A DNA stretch of 64,000 bases from NCBI GenBank assembly GCA_963707865.1, contig OY970175.1:822028-886027 (forward strand). Reading direction: 5' to 3'. The notes under the pieces are model-generated. The model was not told the origin of the DNA and ran no database searches. It saw only the letters and a program-made list of their open reading frames with translations. Within the stretch, counting starts at the first letter, position 1. Each line of letters begins with the position of its first letter. The translations under genes were made by a program, and so were the position numbers. This document shows positions 47,997 through 56,319 of the stretch, piece after piece. This stretch comes from an uncultured bacterium (lineage in GTDB: Bacteria > Patescibacteriota > Minisyncoccia > UBA6257 > 2-01-FULL-56-20).

Positions 47997-48553
47997 TGGC
48001 GAATATGCTTATCTCGGTCGTCGTTCCGTGCTACAACGAGGAACGCAACATCCCTGCCGTTTATGAGGCGATAAAAAAAGCGCTGGCCGCCATCCAGCCA
48101 AAGTATGACGCCGAGATCATTTTTGTGGACGACGGGAGCAAAGACGGGAGCGTCGCGGAGATGGAGAAGCTGGTCCAAAAAGACACTGAGGTAAAGTTCG
48201 TTGCGTTTTCCAGGAACTTTGGCAAAGAAGCTGCGCTCTCCGCCGGCATCCGCTATGCGAAGGGCGATGTGGTCATTATGCTTGACGCGGACTTCCAGCA
48301 TCCGCCGGAACTTATCCCGCTATTTTTGGAGAAATGGCAGAACGGCGCGGAGGTGGTGGTAGGCGTCCGTGAGAACGATGCGAACGACAGCATCGTACGG
48401 CGGTGGGGAGCAAAATTGTTTTACGCGGCGATGAGGCGCATCGGCGAAACCAAGCTTGTCCCGCGCGGCACTGATTTTCGCCTGATCTCCCGACCCGTGG
48501 CTGACGCATTCAATCAATTTACCGAGCACGGCCGGATCGGGGTATGGTGCTGA
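47996..48553 (+). pseudogene. GT2 glycosyltransferase (GtrB/ArnC-like), C-terminally truncated
   Basis: ISVVVPCYNEE, VDDGSKD, FSRNFGKEAALSAG, LDADFQHPPE, DFRL. Ends at 185 aa without the usual TM tail. Confidence 0.75.
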
Positions 48554-49412
48554 TCTCGGTGCGACCGTGGGTTACGGATCTGGTTATGGCTACAAGACGG
48601 ACTTTACATATTCTTCAAGTAGCGATTATGGGTACGGCTACGGATTTGGTTATGTGACGTCGACCATCGCTCTTGCAGCCATCACTTCTCAAACGGTCAC
48701 TGTGGGGGATACGGTTTCTTTCACGGCGAGCGCGACAGATAATGATCCTACCGCCACCGTTTCCTACAGCCTTACCAGCGCTCCGAGCGGAGCCGCGATT
48801 AATGCATCGACCGGCGCGTTCTCATGGAATACGACCGGAGTCACGCCTAACACCTACACCTTCTCGGTGGTTGCGACCGGCAGCACCGGCGGCTCGGACA
48901 CCAAAAGCGTGTCTATCACCGTGAATGCTGCACCAGGCATTACCGTGACCACAAGCGGCGGTGGTGTCAGCGGCGGTGGTGGGGGAGGCAGTGGTTACTA
49001 TGCAACGAGCACCACGCCGACGAATGCTCAAACGACCTTATCCGTAGCAGACCTGCAGGCACAGCTAGCCTCTTTGATCGCGACGCTCAAGACCCTCCTT
49101 TTGCAGGCGAAGGCGGCGGGCGTATCAATTCCTGCCGGCGCGGAGGCGTACCTTGTGCAGCCATCCGCCATTACGCACGATCTCACCCTCGGTTCAACTA
49201 GCGCGGACGTACAGACGCTCCAAGAATTCCTGAACATGAAAGGATTTACTGTCGCCGCGAGCGGCGCGGGTTCTCCGGGGAAAGAAACGACCTACTTCGG
49301 CAGTCGTACAAAGGCGGCTCTCGCGAAATACCAGGCAAGCGTGGGCGTGAAGCCCGCAAGCGGCTACTTCGGGCCGATCACGAGGGCATACTTGAAGTCA
49401 ATCGGGTTCTAA
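48540..49412 (+). pseudogene. 3' fragment of a surface protein: GYG repeats, cadherin/Ig-like domain, C-terminal peptidoglycan-binding domain
   Basis: No signal peptide; GYGADLG..GYGSGYGY; YSLTSAPSGAAINASTGAFSW; GYFGPITRAYL. Confidence 0.7.
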
Positions 49413-49435
49413 CGGGTTCTGACCAAAGCAGAAAT

Positions 49436-49464
49436 CCAAAGGCCCCCGCGAAGGGGCCTTTTGG
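49436..49464. terminator. Intrinsic terminator
   Basis: AAAGGCCCC-cgcgaa-GGGGCCTTTT. Confidence 0.8.
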
Positions 49465-49467
49465 GTT

Positions 49468-49675
49468 GTGCCTCGAGAGGAATCTCACGTCGCGGCCCGG
49501 TAAGACCAGGCCGCTCCCTGGAAACCCCTCGGTTTCCAGCACCTTCCCACACGGGGAACCTCCCGGTTCCCCGACCCCCTCCCCAGTTCGATCCCTCTCA
49601 AGAAAACAAAAACAACAAGAACACTCCTTCTCGCTCGTGCGAAGACGAATTCGCGAGAAGGAGTGTTCTTGTTGT
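49468..49675 (-). repeat. tRNA-derived multi-hairpin element downstream of tRNA-Arg
   Basis: Direct copy of the tRNA 3' end (49468-49484), inverted copy (about 49586-49602), three GC hairpins, perfect 23-bp inverted repeat 49612-49634/49653-49675. Confidence 0.75.
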
Positions 49676-49678
49676 CGG

Positions 49679-49750
49679 TGCCCTCGAGAGGAATCGAACC
49701 TCTATCACAAGATCCGCAATCTTGCGTCCTGTCCGTTGAACGACGAGGGC
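49679..49750 (-). tRNA. tRNA-Arg(GCG)
   Basis: GCCCTCG/CGAGGGC acceptor, CAAGA-tt GCG ga-TCTTG anticodon arm, GGTTCGATTCC. Confidence 0.93.
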
Positions 49751-49778
49751 GTGAGTATGCACTCACGCTTTTACCTTA

Positions 49779-50246
49779 CTAAAACCCGACGAGCTTTTCA
49801 ATGGAGTCAAGCAGAGTCGGTTCGTGGGGTATTTCCCTAAGGATCAGCTTCATATTGTTGCGGAATTCGGTGAGCCGCGCCTCCGGGAGAAAGATCTTCA
49901 AGGGCGTTTTGAGTTTTGCGCGGAAGGTAAACACAAGTTCAACCCAGCCATCGTTCGCCGCCGCCGCACTCACGCTCTCAAAGTCATTGAGCGGACGGGA
50001 TTTCCCTCCTTCTATTGCTAGGCCGTTCTCGGTGAGCGTGCAGTGCACCATGCGTGGCGCGCGGTTGCCCCATACAATGAAAAGCATCTCTGCGATGACG
50101 ACGAAAAGCCCGAAGAGGAAATTCCTTTCCCAGATGGAGAATGCGACAATGACAGCCGCGACAATGATGGAAATCCAATACCACGACACGCCTTTCTCGC
50201 GGTACTCATACTCCGGCGCCTCCCATTTCATTTCAAATGATGCCAT
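49779..50246 (-). CDS. Conserved CPR membrane protein (2 TM plus PH-like domain)
   Basis: WEAPEYEYREKGVSWYW N-terminal motif, two TMs. Confidence 0.75.
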   Translation of the reverse strand: MASFEMKWEAPEYEYREKGVSWYWISIIVAAVIVAFSIWERNFLFGLFVVIAEMLFIVWGNRAPRMVHCTLTENGLAIEGGKSRPLNDFESVSAAAANDGWVELVFTFRAKLKTPLKIFLPEARLTEFRNNMKLILREIPHEPTLLDSIEKLVGF

Positions 50247-50335
50247 ACGATTATTTTACCATGCGAGAACCCATCTCCAAAATAGGCCGCGCGAAAATGG
50301 TTCATAATCCCATGCGCCTATTTTGGAGATGGGTT

Positions 50336-51037
50336 CTACGCCTTGGCTGCTGCAAGCGCGATAATGTTCGCCGCGTGAGCGCCCTTGAGCGCGCGCGCAG
50401 CTTCAAGAAATGTCGCGCCGGAGGTGCTCACGTCGTCAATAAGGAGAACATTCTTCCCGCACACGGCAGCAGCATCGGCAATCGCAAAACATCCGCGGAT
50501 GTTTTCTCTCCGCTCCGCCACGCTTGTCGTTTCGCTCTGTGGTTTTGCGTGCTTGATCCGCACAAGGCACTTCGTTGCCACGGGAAGTCCGAGATATTCC
50601 GCGAATCGTGTTGCGATGCGTTCTGATTGATTGAAACCGCGGATACGGAAGCGTTCGCGCGAAAGCGGGATTGGCATCGCGACGTAGCACGACAAGTCCG
50701 TTTTGAATGGCAGGGCGTACTCCGCCATGATGGATGCAAGCGGTTCCGCCGCCGCTCTCACGCCGCGGAACTTAAGGGCGTGGATGAGCGCTCTTAGGGT
50801 TTTATTCTTATAGCTCCCCGCGGCGCCGAGCATATAAGGAAAATCAGGATGGCAGATGCGGCGGGGATCACAGAGTTTCAAGCCGGGAAGCAGCGAGCCG
50901 CATTGGCCGCAGAAGAACGTGCGTGCGGTCGTTATCCCCCCGCGGCACGTGGTGCAGAGTGCGCCCGCCCGCAGGGTTTTCCCGCACGCAAGGCAGCGGC
51001 GCGGAAAGAAAAGAGAAACCAGAAAGTCAAAACACAT
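50336..51037 (-). CDS. comF: Competence protein ComF (Zn ribbon plus phosphoribosyltransferase-like)
   Basis: FPRRCLACG..LC..C, IHALKF, PIPL....RIRGFNQS, LLIDDVSTSGAT. Confidence 0.92.
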   Translation of the reverse strand: MCFDFLVSLFFPRRCLACGKTLRAGALCTTCRGGITTARTFFCGQCGSLLPGLKLCDPRRICHPDFPYMLGAAGSYKNKTLRALIHALKFRGVRAAAEPLASIMAEYALPFKTDLSCYVAMPIPLSRERFRIRGFNQSERIATRFAEYLGLPVATKCLVRIKHAKPQSETTSVAERRENIRGCFAIADAAAVCGKNVLLIDDVSTSGATFLEAARALKGAHAANIIALAAAKA

Positions 51038-51078
51038 GGTATGATAATAGGAATTGGCAGATTAAAAACAGGTTAACA

Positions 51079-52134
51079 ATGGCGAATTCGTGTCTCGGCG
51101 TGGATATCGGCACCACCTCCATCAAGATTGTTGAGGTGAAAAAGGGCGGAACGCGGCCGCAGGTTGTAAACTACGGCATGTTGGAATCGGGCGGATATCT
51201 TTTGCGTGCGAACCAAGCATTGCAGACAAGCAGTCTCAGAATTTTTGAGTCAGACATCGTTGAATTTTTGAAGATAATCATACGAGAAATGGGCACGCAG
51301 GCGAAGGTCGCCTTTGCGTCCCTGCCGCCATTCTCCGTGTTTACCACCGTCGTTGATTTTCCGCGGATGAGTCCAGAAGAGATGAAAAAAGCGATGGTCT
51401 ATCAGGCGAGGCAATATGTCCCCATGCCGCTTTCTGAAGTTGCGCTCGATTGGCTAAAGGTTGCGGAGTACGAAGACAACAATGGCTCTGTCCATCAGAA
51501 AATCCTCCTCATCTCGGTCCCCGAAGAGCAGGTCAAAAAATACCAAAGGATATTCAAGGCGGTGGGACTTACGCTCCGCGCACTTGAGATTGAGAGCATG
51601 AGCATCGCGCGAGTTTTTGGCGGCGATCCGACGCCTACCATGGTCGTGGATATCGGCAGCCATTCAACCAATATTGTTTTTCTTGACGGGGGGCAACTTG
51701 TGTGGACTGCCCAGAGCAGCGATTTCGCCTCGGCCTCGCTTACGAAGGCTCTTGCCACAAGCTTGAGCATCAATCCGTTGCGCGCTGAGGAGCTCAAAAA
51801 AGAACGTGGTATCATAGGGACAGGCCCGAGCTACGAATTGTCCACAATAATGCTTCCATTGTTGGATGCTATAATTAATGAGGTGAAGAAGGCGCAATTT
51901 GTCTATGCGCAACAGTTTCCTGTAGCCCGAAAAACGGAGCGGTTGGTGCTCTCGGGGGGCGGGGCAAACCTTTTGGGCATCGAAAAGTATTTTGAACGCG
52001 AGTTTGGAATGCCGGTGGTGAAAGCGACGCCCTTCCTGCGGTTTGAGTATGCTCCCGAAATTTCGCCGCTCGTCGCGGAGCTCAACCCCGTGATGAGCGT
52101 GGCGCTTGGACTCGGAATGAAAGAATTCGTATAA
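51079..52134 (+). CDS. pilM: Type IV pilus assembly protein PilM
   Basis: GVDIGTTSIKIVE, ARQYVPMPLSEVALDW, VDIGSHST, LSGGGANL, VALGLG. Confidence 0.92.
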   Translation: MANSCLGVDIGTTSIKIVEVKKGGTRPQVVNYGMLESGGYLLRANQALQTSSLRIFESDIVEFLKIIIREMGTQAKVAFASLPPFSVFTTVVDFPRMSPEEMKKAMVYQARQYVPMPLSEVALDWLKVAEYEDNNGSVHQKILLISVPEEQVKKYQRIFKAVGLTLRALEIESMSIARVFGGDPTPTMVVDIGSHSTNIVFLDGGQLVWTAQSSDFASASLTKALATSLSINPLRAEELKKERGIIGTGPSYELSTIMLPLLDAIINEVKKAQFVYAQQFPVARKTERLVLSGGGANLLGIEKYFEREFGMPVVKATPFLRFEYAPEISPLVAELNPVMSVALGLGMKEFV

Positions 52135-52147
52135 AGCAATTATTATC

Positions 52148-52705
52148 ATGGCTTTTCCAGAACAAGTTATCGAACGCTTGAGTAATGAGTCCCCCCAGAC
52201 GCCGGGTTGGTCGTTCGGCTTGCTTGCCTTCTCCGGCAGCATTCTCCTTATTGCCCTGGTCATTTATTTCGGTCTTGCCTTTGGATATGAGCCGTACCTG
52301 GACTCACAAATCGCACGGCTGAATACGCAAATGGATACGCTTGCAAAGTCCATATCTGCCGGCGATATGGCAAAGTTCACAGCTTTCTATTCCGAAATCA
52401 CGAATTTGAAAGCGACGCTCGGAGATCACGTTATATTCTCCCGTTTTCTTCTGTGGCTTGAAAAAAATACCGAAGCGAATGTTTATTATTCGCGCCTCAC
52501 CTTCTCGTCTGGGAATCAAATCGCACTTTCGGCCATCGCAGCGACCGAGGCTGATGTGAATCAGCAGGTCGCTATCTTTGAATCTGCCCCCGAGGTGAAA
52601 TCCGCGAATCTTTCGGCGGTTTCCCTTTCCCCTACGGACGGACAGTGGCAATTCAGCGTGACGCTCATCCTGGATCCATCGTCGGTATTGCGGGGACCGC
52701 AGTAG
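52148..52705 (+). CDS. pilN: PilN-like protein
   Basis: TM, coiled coil and ferredoxin-like tail; located after pilM. Confidence 0.65.
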   Translation: MAFPEQVIERLSNESPQTPGWSFGLLAFSGSILLIALVIYFGLAFGYEPYLDSQIARLNTQMDTLAKSISAGDMAKFTAFYSEITNLKATLGDHVIFSRFLLWLEKNTEANVYYSRLTFSSGNQIALSAIAATEADVNQQVAIFESAPEVKSANLSAVSLSPTDGQWQFSVTLILDPSSVLRGPQ

Positions 52706-52717
52706 CGCACTCACGCC

Positions 52718-53347
52718 ATGAAACAAAGCTCAAAACGAATCGCCAGCATGCTCATCGCCCTTGTGTTTCTTGTGGCCGCGCTTTGGGTTTTCTTTGATCT
52801 TATCCAGCCGACCTATGGTCAACTCCAAACAAAAAAAGGGACGGAATTGAGCAGTGAGAATTTTTTGAGCAACGAGCAACAAATTGTGGGCCAAGCAAAA
52901 ACGTTGATTAACCAATACGAAAATGAAAGTGCGGTGCAGGATAGCCTTGCCTTGGCCATGCCCTCCGGGCCGAACACGGCATCGGCGCTTGCTCAAGTGT
53001 ACGGCATCGCATTGAATAACAATATTGCGGTGCAGAGCGTGAGCGTGGCGGCGCCGACAAGCCGCCAGTCCCAGAATCAAGCGCAAGGTACCTCCACGGC
53101 GTCTACCACGGGACAGGGACCGAAACAGATGGAAACTTTCTCGTTTCAAGTTACTGCCTTCGGAAGTTATGAGAACTTCAAAAGCTTTTTATCTCAACTT
53201 GAAACCAATATCCGCATCTTTGATCTCACGGCGCTTTCCGTCCAGGAGCCCACGTCCAGCGACGCGACGAACGGGAAGGGATCTTCGACTCCATCTGACT
53301 TTTTCACCTATGGTTTTACGGTCGCAACGTATTATGAACTCCCCTAA
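52718..53347 (+). CDS. pilO: PilO-like protein
   Basis: TM, coiled coil, GSYENFKSFLSQLETNIRIFDL motif. Confidence 0.8.
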   Translation: MKQSSKRIASMLIALVFLVAALWVFFDLIQPTYGQLQTKKGTELSSENFLSNEQQIVGQAKTLINQYENESAVQDSLALAMPSGPNTASALAQVYGIALNNNIAVQSVSVAAPTSRQSQNQAQGTSTASTTGQGPKQMETFSFQVTAFGSYENFKSFLSQLETNIRIFDLTALSVQEPTSSDATNGKGSSTPSDFFTYGFTVATYYELP

Positions 53348-53352
53348 CGCCC

Positions 53353-53655
53353 ATGGCCGTCATTATTGAGGAAGAAAAACAGAACAGGGTGAATCTTATG
53401 AGCATTCTTGGATGGCTTGTCTTCCTTGTAATCGTCGGCTTCGCAGCTTATTACATCTTTTTCACTAAGCCGGAACTCGTGATCATTTCACCACCTGCGA
53501 ATTTAGAGAACATCACGCCGATTTCGCAAGCCACCTTACGTCCGGAAGACGTGCTCAATAGTCCGACTTTCCAGGCGTTAAAAGCCCCATCGTTCCCAAT
53601 GCCTGTCCCACAGGCGTCTGCCACAGGCCGCCCGAATCCGTTCGTCTCGCCCTAG
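53353..53655 (+). CDS. Small membrane protein in the PilP position
   Basis: One TM and C-terminal GRPNPF motif. Confidence 0.65.
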   Translation: MAVIIEEEKQNRVNLMSILGWLVFLVIVGFAAYYIFFTKPELVIISPPANLENITPISQATLRPEDVLNSPTFQALKAPSFPMPVPQASATGRPNPFVSP

Positions 53656-53745
53656 CGCGCGCATAGCAGTTTTATTGGACGAGGTATCCAGCCGTAGTTT
53701 TGCCTAACGAAGCTACGGCTGGATGAATGTGCTAAAATACAAACA

Positions 53746-55467
53746 ATGACTCCTGATGAACTATTGGCGCAATTGCAGGCGAAAGGGATCATTGACGCTG
53801 CGCTTGCGAACCGGATCAAACGTGACGCACTCGTAAGCGGAGAGTCTGTTGAAACGGCTATCGCGAAGCAACGGGCGGTTGACGACGTAAAGATTGCGGA
53901 GCTCAAGAGTGAGCTTCTCAAGATTCCCTATAAAAAAGTTTCTCCCGCGGATGTTGACGCAAAGCTTTTTCAAATGATTTCAGAAGAGACCGCGAAGAGC
54001 TACGAGGTGATCCCCATCGCGCTCCAAGACAATCTTCTTGTGGTCGGTATGCTGCATCCCGATGATCCGAAGTCCCAGGAAGCGTTAAGATTCATTGCGC
54101 GCCAGAATCATGTGAATCTCGGCATCTACCTCGTCGCGTACGGCGATTGGGAAGCGGTTCTCCGGAAGTATTCCCCCTATAGGACGGAGATTGCAAAGGC
54201 GGTTCAGTCGATCGGAGGAGGAGGGGAGGAAGGTGGGCAGCGAATCGTGAGCTTGGAAGAAGTTGGGGGGAGCGAAGACGCCCCCATCGTTAAGATCGTT
54301 GCCGACACCTTCCGCGAGGCGGTTGAGAGTAAGGCCTCGGACATCCACATTGAGCCGCAGCAAGGACTTCTTCGCATTCGCCTCCGCAATAACGGCGATC
54401 TTCATCAGGTGGCGTTGTTGCCCGCGCAGCTTGCGCAGCCGATCGTTTCACGCATCAAGGTCATTTCCAATTTAAAAATTGACGAGACAAGGATTCCGCA
54501 GGATGGCCGCTTCCGCGCGAAGGTTTTTGACCGCGACATTGATTTCCGCGTGGCGACGTTTCCCACGCCGCTCGGCGAGAAGGTCGCGATCCGCGTCCTC
54601 GATCCGACTACGGGGCTCAAAAGCTTTGAAAATCTTCCGTTTCGCTACGGCAATCTGGAGGCCATAAAGGCGGGACTTGCGAAACCATTCGGGATGGTAC
54701 TCATTACGGGTCCGACTGGCTCGGGGAAAACCACGACGCTCTACGCTTTCCTCCAGGCGCTGAATCAGGAAAGTGTGAACATCGTGAGCTTGGAAGATCC
54801 GGTGGAATATTTCATCGCGGGCATCAACCAATCTCAAGTGCGGCCGGAGATCGGTTATGATTTCGCGTCGGGCTTGCGCCAGATCCTGCGGCAGGATCCG
54901 GATATCATCATGGTAGGCGAGATCCGCGACGATGAGACGGCAGGGCTCGCAGTACAGGCGGCGCTTACCGGCCACGTCGTACTCTCAACACTGCACACGA
55001 ATAACGCTGCGGGCGTGATCCCCCGGCTTATTGACATGAAAGTGGAGCCGTTCCTTCTCCCGGTTTGCCTCAACGTGATGATGTCGCAGCGCTTGGTGGG
55101 GGAACTTTGCCCCGATTGCAAGTTCCAGGAGGACGCGTTGCCGGAACTACAGAAGGTCATCGGGCGGACGTTGGAAGGCGTGCGTCCGGAGTTCAGGGTG
55201 AAATATCAGGAGCCGTACAAGATTTGGCACACGAAAGGATGCGCCACCTGCAAGGGCAAGGGCATCGTGTCAAGAACCCCGATTTACGAGGTTTTCCATA
55301 TGACGCCGGCGCTTGAGGAAATCATCGCGAATGGTCCTACTACCCAGAAGATTGTGAAGGAAGCGAAGGATCAGGGAATGGTCACGTTGCGTGAGGACGG
55401 CGTCATGAAGGCACTTGACGGCATCGTGTCCATGGAGGAAATAATCCGGGAAACGGAAGAGGTGTAG
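53746..55467 (+). CDS. pilB: Type IV pilus assembly ATPase PilB (GspE/PulE family)
   Basis: ASDIHIEP, PQDGRF, TGPTGSGKTTTL, LEDPVEY, LRQDPDIIMVGEIRD, tetra-Cys Zn motif. Confidence 0.93.
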   Translation: MTPDELLAQLQAKGIIDAALANRIKRDALVSGESVETAIAKQRAVDDVKIAELKSELLKIPYKKVSPADVDAKLFQMISEETAKSYEVIPIALQDNLLVVGMLHPDDPKSQEALRFIARQNHVNLGIYLVAYGDWEAVLRKYSPYRTEIAKAVQSIGGGGEEGGQRIVSLEEVGGSEDAPIVKIVADTFREAVESKASDIHIEPQQGLLRIRLRNNGDLHQVALLPAQLAQPIVSRIKVISNLKIDETRIPQDGRFRAKVFDRDIDFRVATFPTPLGEKVAIRVLDPTTGLKSFENLPFRYGNLEAIKAGLAKPFGMVLITGPTGSGKTTTLYAFLQALNQESVNIVSLEDPVEYFIAGINQSQVRPEIGYDFASGLRQILRQDPDIIMVGEIRDDETAGLAVQAALTGHVVLSTLHTNNAAGVIPRLIDMKVEPFLLPVCLNVMMSQRLVGELCPDCKFQEDALPELQKVIGRTLEGVRPEFRVKYQEPYKIWHTKGCATCKGKGIVSRTPIYEVFHMTPALEEIIANGPTTQKIVKEAKDQGMVTLREDGVMKALDGIVSMEEIIRETEEV

Positions 55468-55651
55468 CCCTGTGTGTGCGGTATTTTGAAAAACCCTCTC
55501 TGGCCTCGCAAAAATCCGGCTCGCTCATAACGAAAAAATGCCGCCCTAGTCGCTGCTCCCGGGCACCCGGCATTTTTTCTATTCGCTCGCGGATTTTTTT
55601 ACTCGGCCTCCGCACGGTTTTTCAAAATACTGCCACGGGCAGGGCTACACC
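55461..55651. repeat. About 190-bp nested palindromic element (MITE/REP-like)
   Basis: GGTGTAGCCCTG/CAGGGCTACACC, GGTATTTTGAAAAACC/GGTTTTTCAAAATACT, AAAAATCCG/CGGATTTTT, GAAAAAATGCCG/CGGCATTTTTTC. Confidence 0.85.
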
Positions 55652-55773
55652 CGCTTCCTCATTTTTATATTGCAGTTCCGACGCAATCTGAGGTGTCCGA
55701 ATCCTCTCCTGTGCGCAGAAAAACAATCCGCGACAGATTGTCCCTCATCTTTTAGTCGTGATAAAATAGCTCA

Positions 55774-56223
55774 ATGGATCGCAAACCTCTCTCTTCTGAG
55801 GAATTCAAGGCAATCTACTCGAAGGTCCCTAGATTGTGCGTTGACCTGATCATAAGGACGGAGAAAGGTATCGTTTTGACGCTCCGTAATCTTCCGTCGT
55901 GGAACAACCAATGGCACCTCCCCGGGGGGACGGTGCTTTACAAAGAAACCCTTGAGCAGGCAGTGGCAATGATTGCCCAGGAAGAATTAGGCATTCCCGT
56001 GCATATCGAAAAGATGCTGGGATATATTGAGTATCCGAGTGAAGAAAAGGAACGTGGATTTGGCTGGGCTATCAGCATCGCCTTCCTTTGCAGGACCGCT
56101 GCACAAGACTTCAAAGTCAATGACGAGGCCAGTAAGGCAGGCATTTTCGATCAATTACCGGAAAACCTGATTCACGAGCAATCGTCATTTTTGAGGGCTC
56201 ATTGGGCAGAAATTGAAAGATAA
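55774..56223 (+). CDS. NUDIX hydrolase (GDP-mannose mannosyl hydrolase-like)
   Basis: PRLCVDLII, WHLPGGTVLYKETLEQAV..IAQEELG. Confidence 0.85.
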   Translation: MDRKPLSSEEFKAIYSKVPRLCVDLIIRTEKGIVLTLRNLPSWNNQWHLPGGTVLYKETLEQAVAMIAQEELGIPVHIEKMLGYIEYPSEEKERGFGWAISIAFLCRTAAQDFKVNDEASKAGIFDQLPENLIHEQSSFLRAHWAEIER

Positions 56224-56319
56224 GAGATCTTATATCTGCGCCCTACCAGGATCGTTCGAAAATCGTCCGGGCCTGTGCGCGGCACTTTCCCTTTGTGGTA
56301 TACTTTAGAAAAAGAACCG

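Noticed and set aside
6170-49464. Similar AAAGGCCCC...GGGGCCTTTT hairpins at 6170, 43072 and 49436 as a mobile repeat family
   Set aside because: Short, and placed as ordinary strong intrinsic terminators after highly expressed genes.
55693-55718. Degenerate tRNA 3'-end-like string GTCCGAATCCTCTCCTGTGCGCA
   Set aside because: The T-loop is imperfect and there is no matching tRNA in the window; too weak to call an att site.
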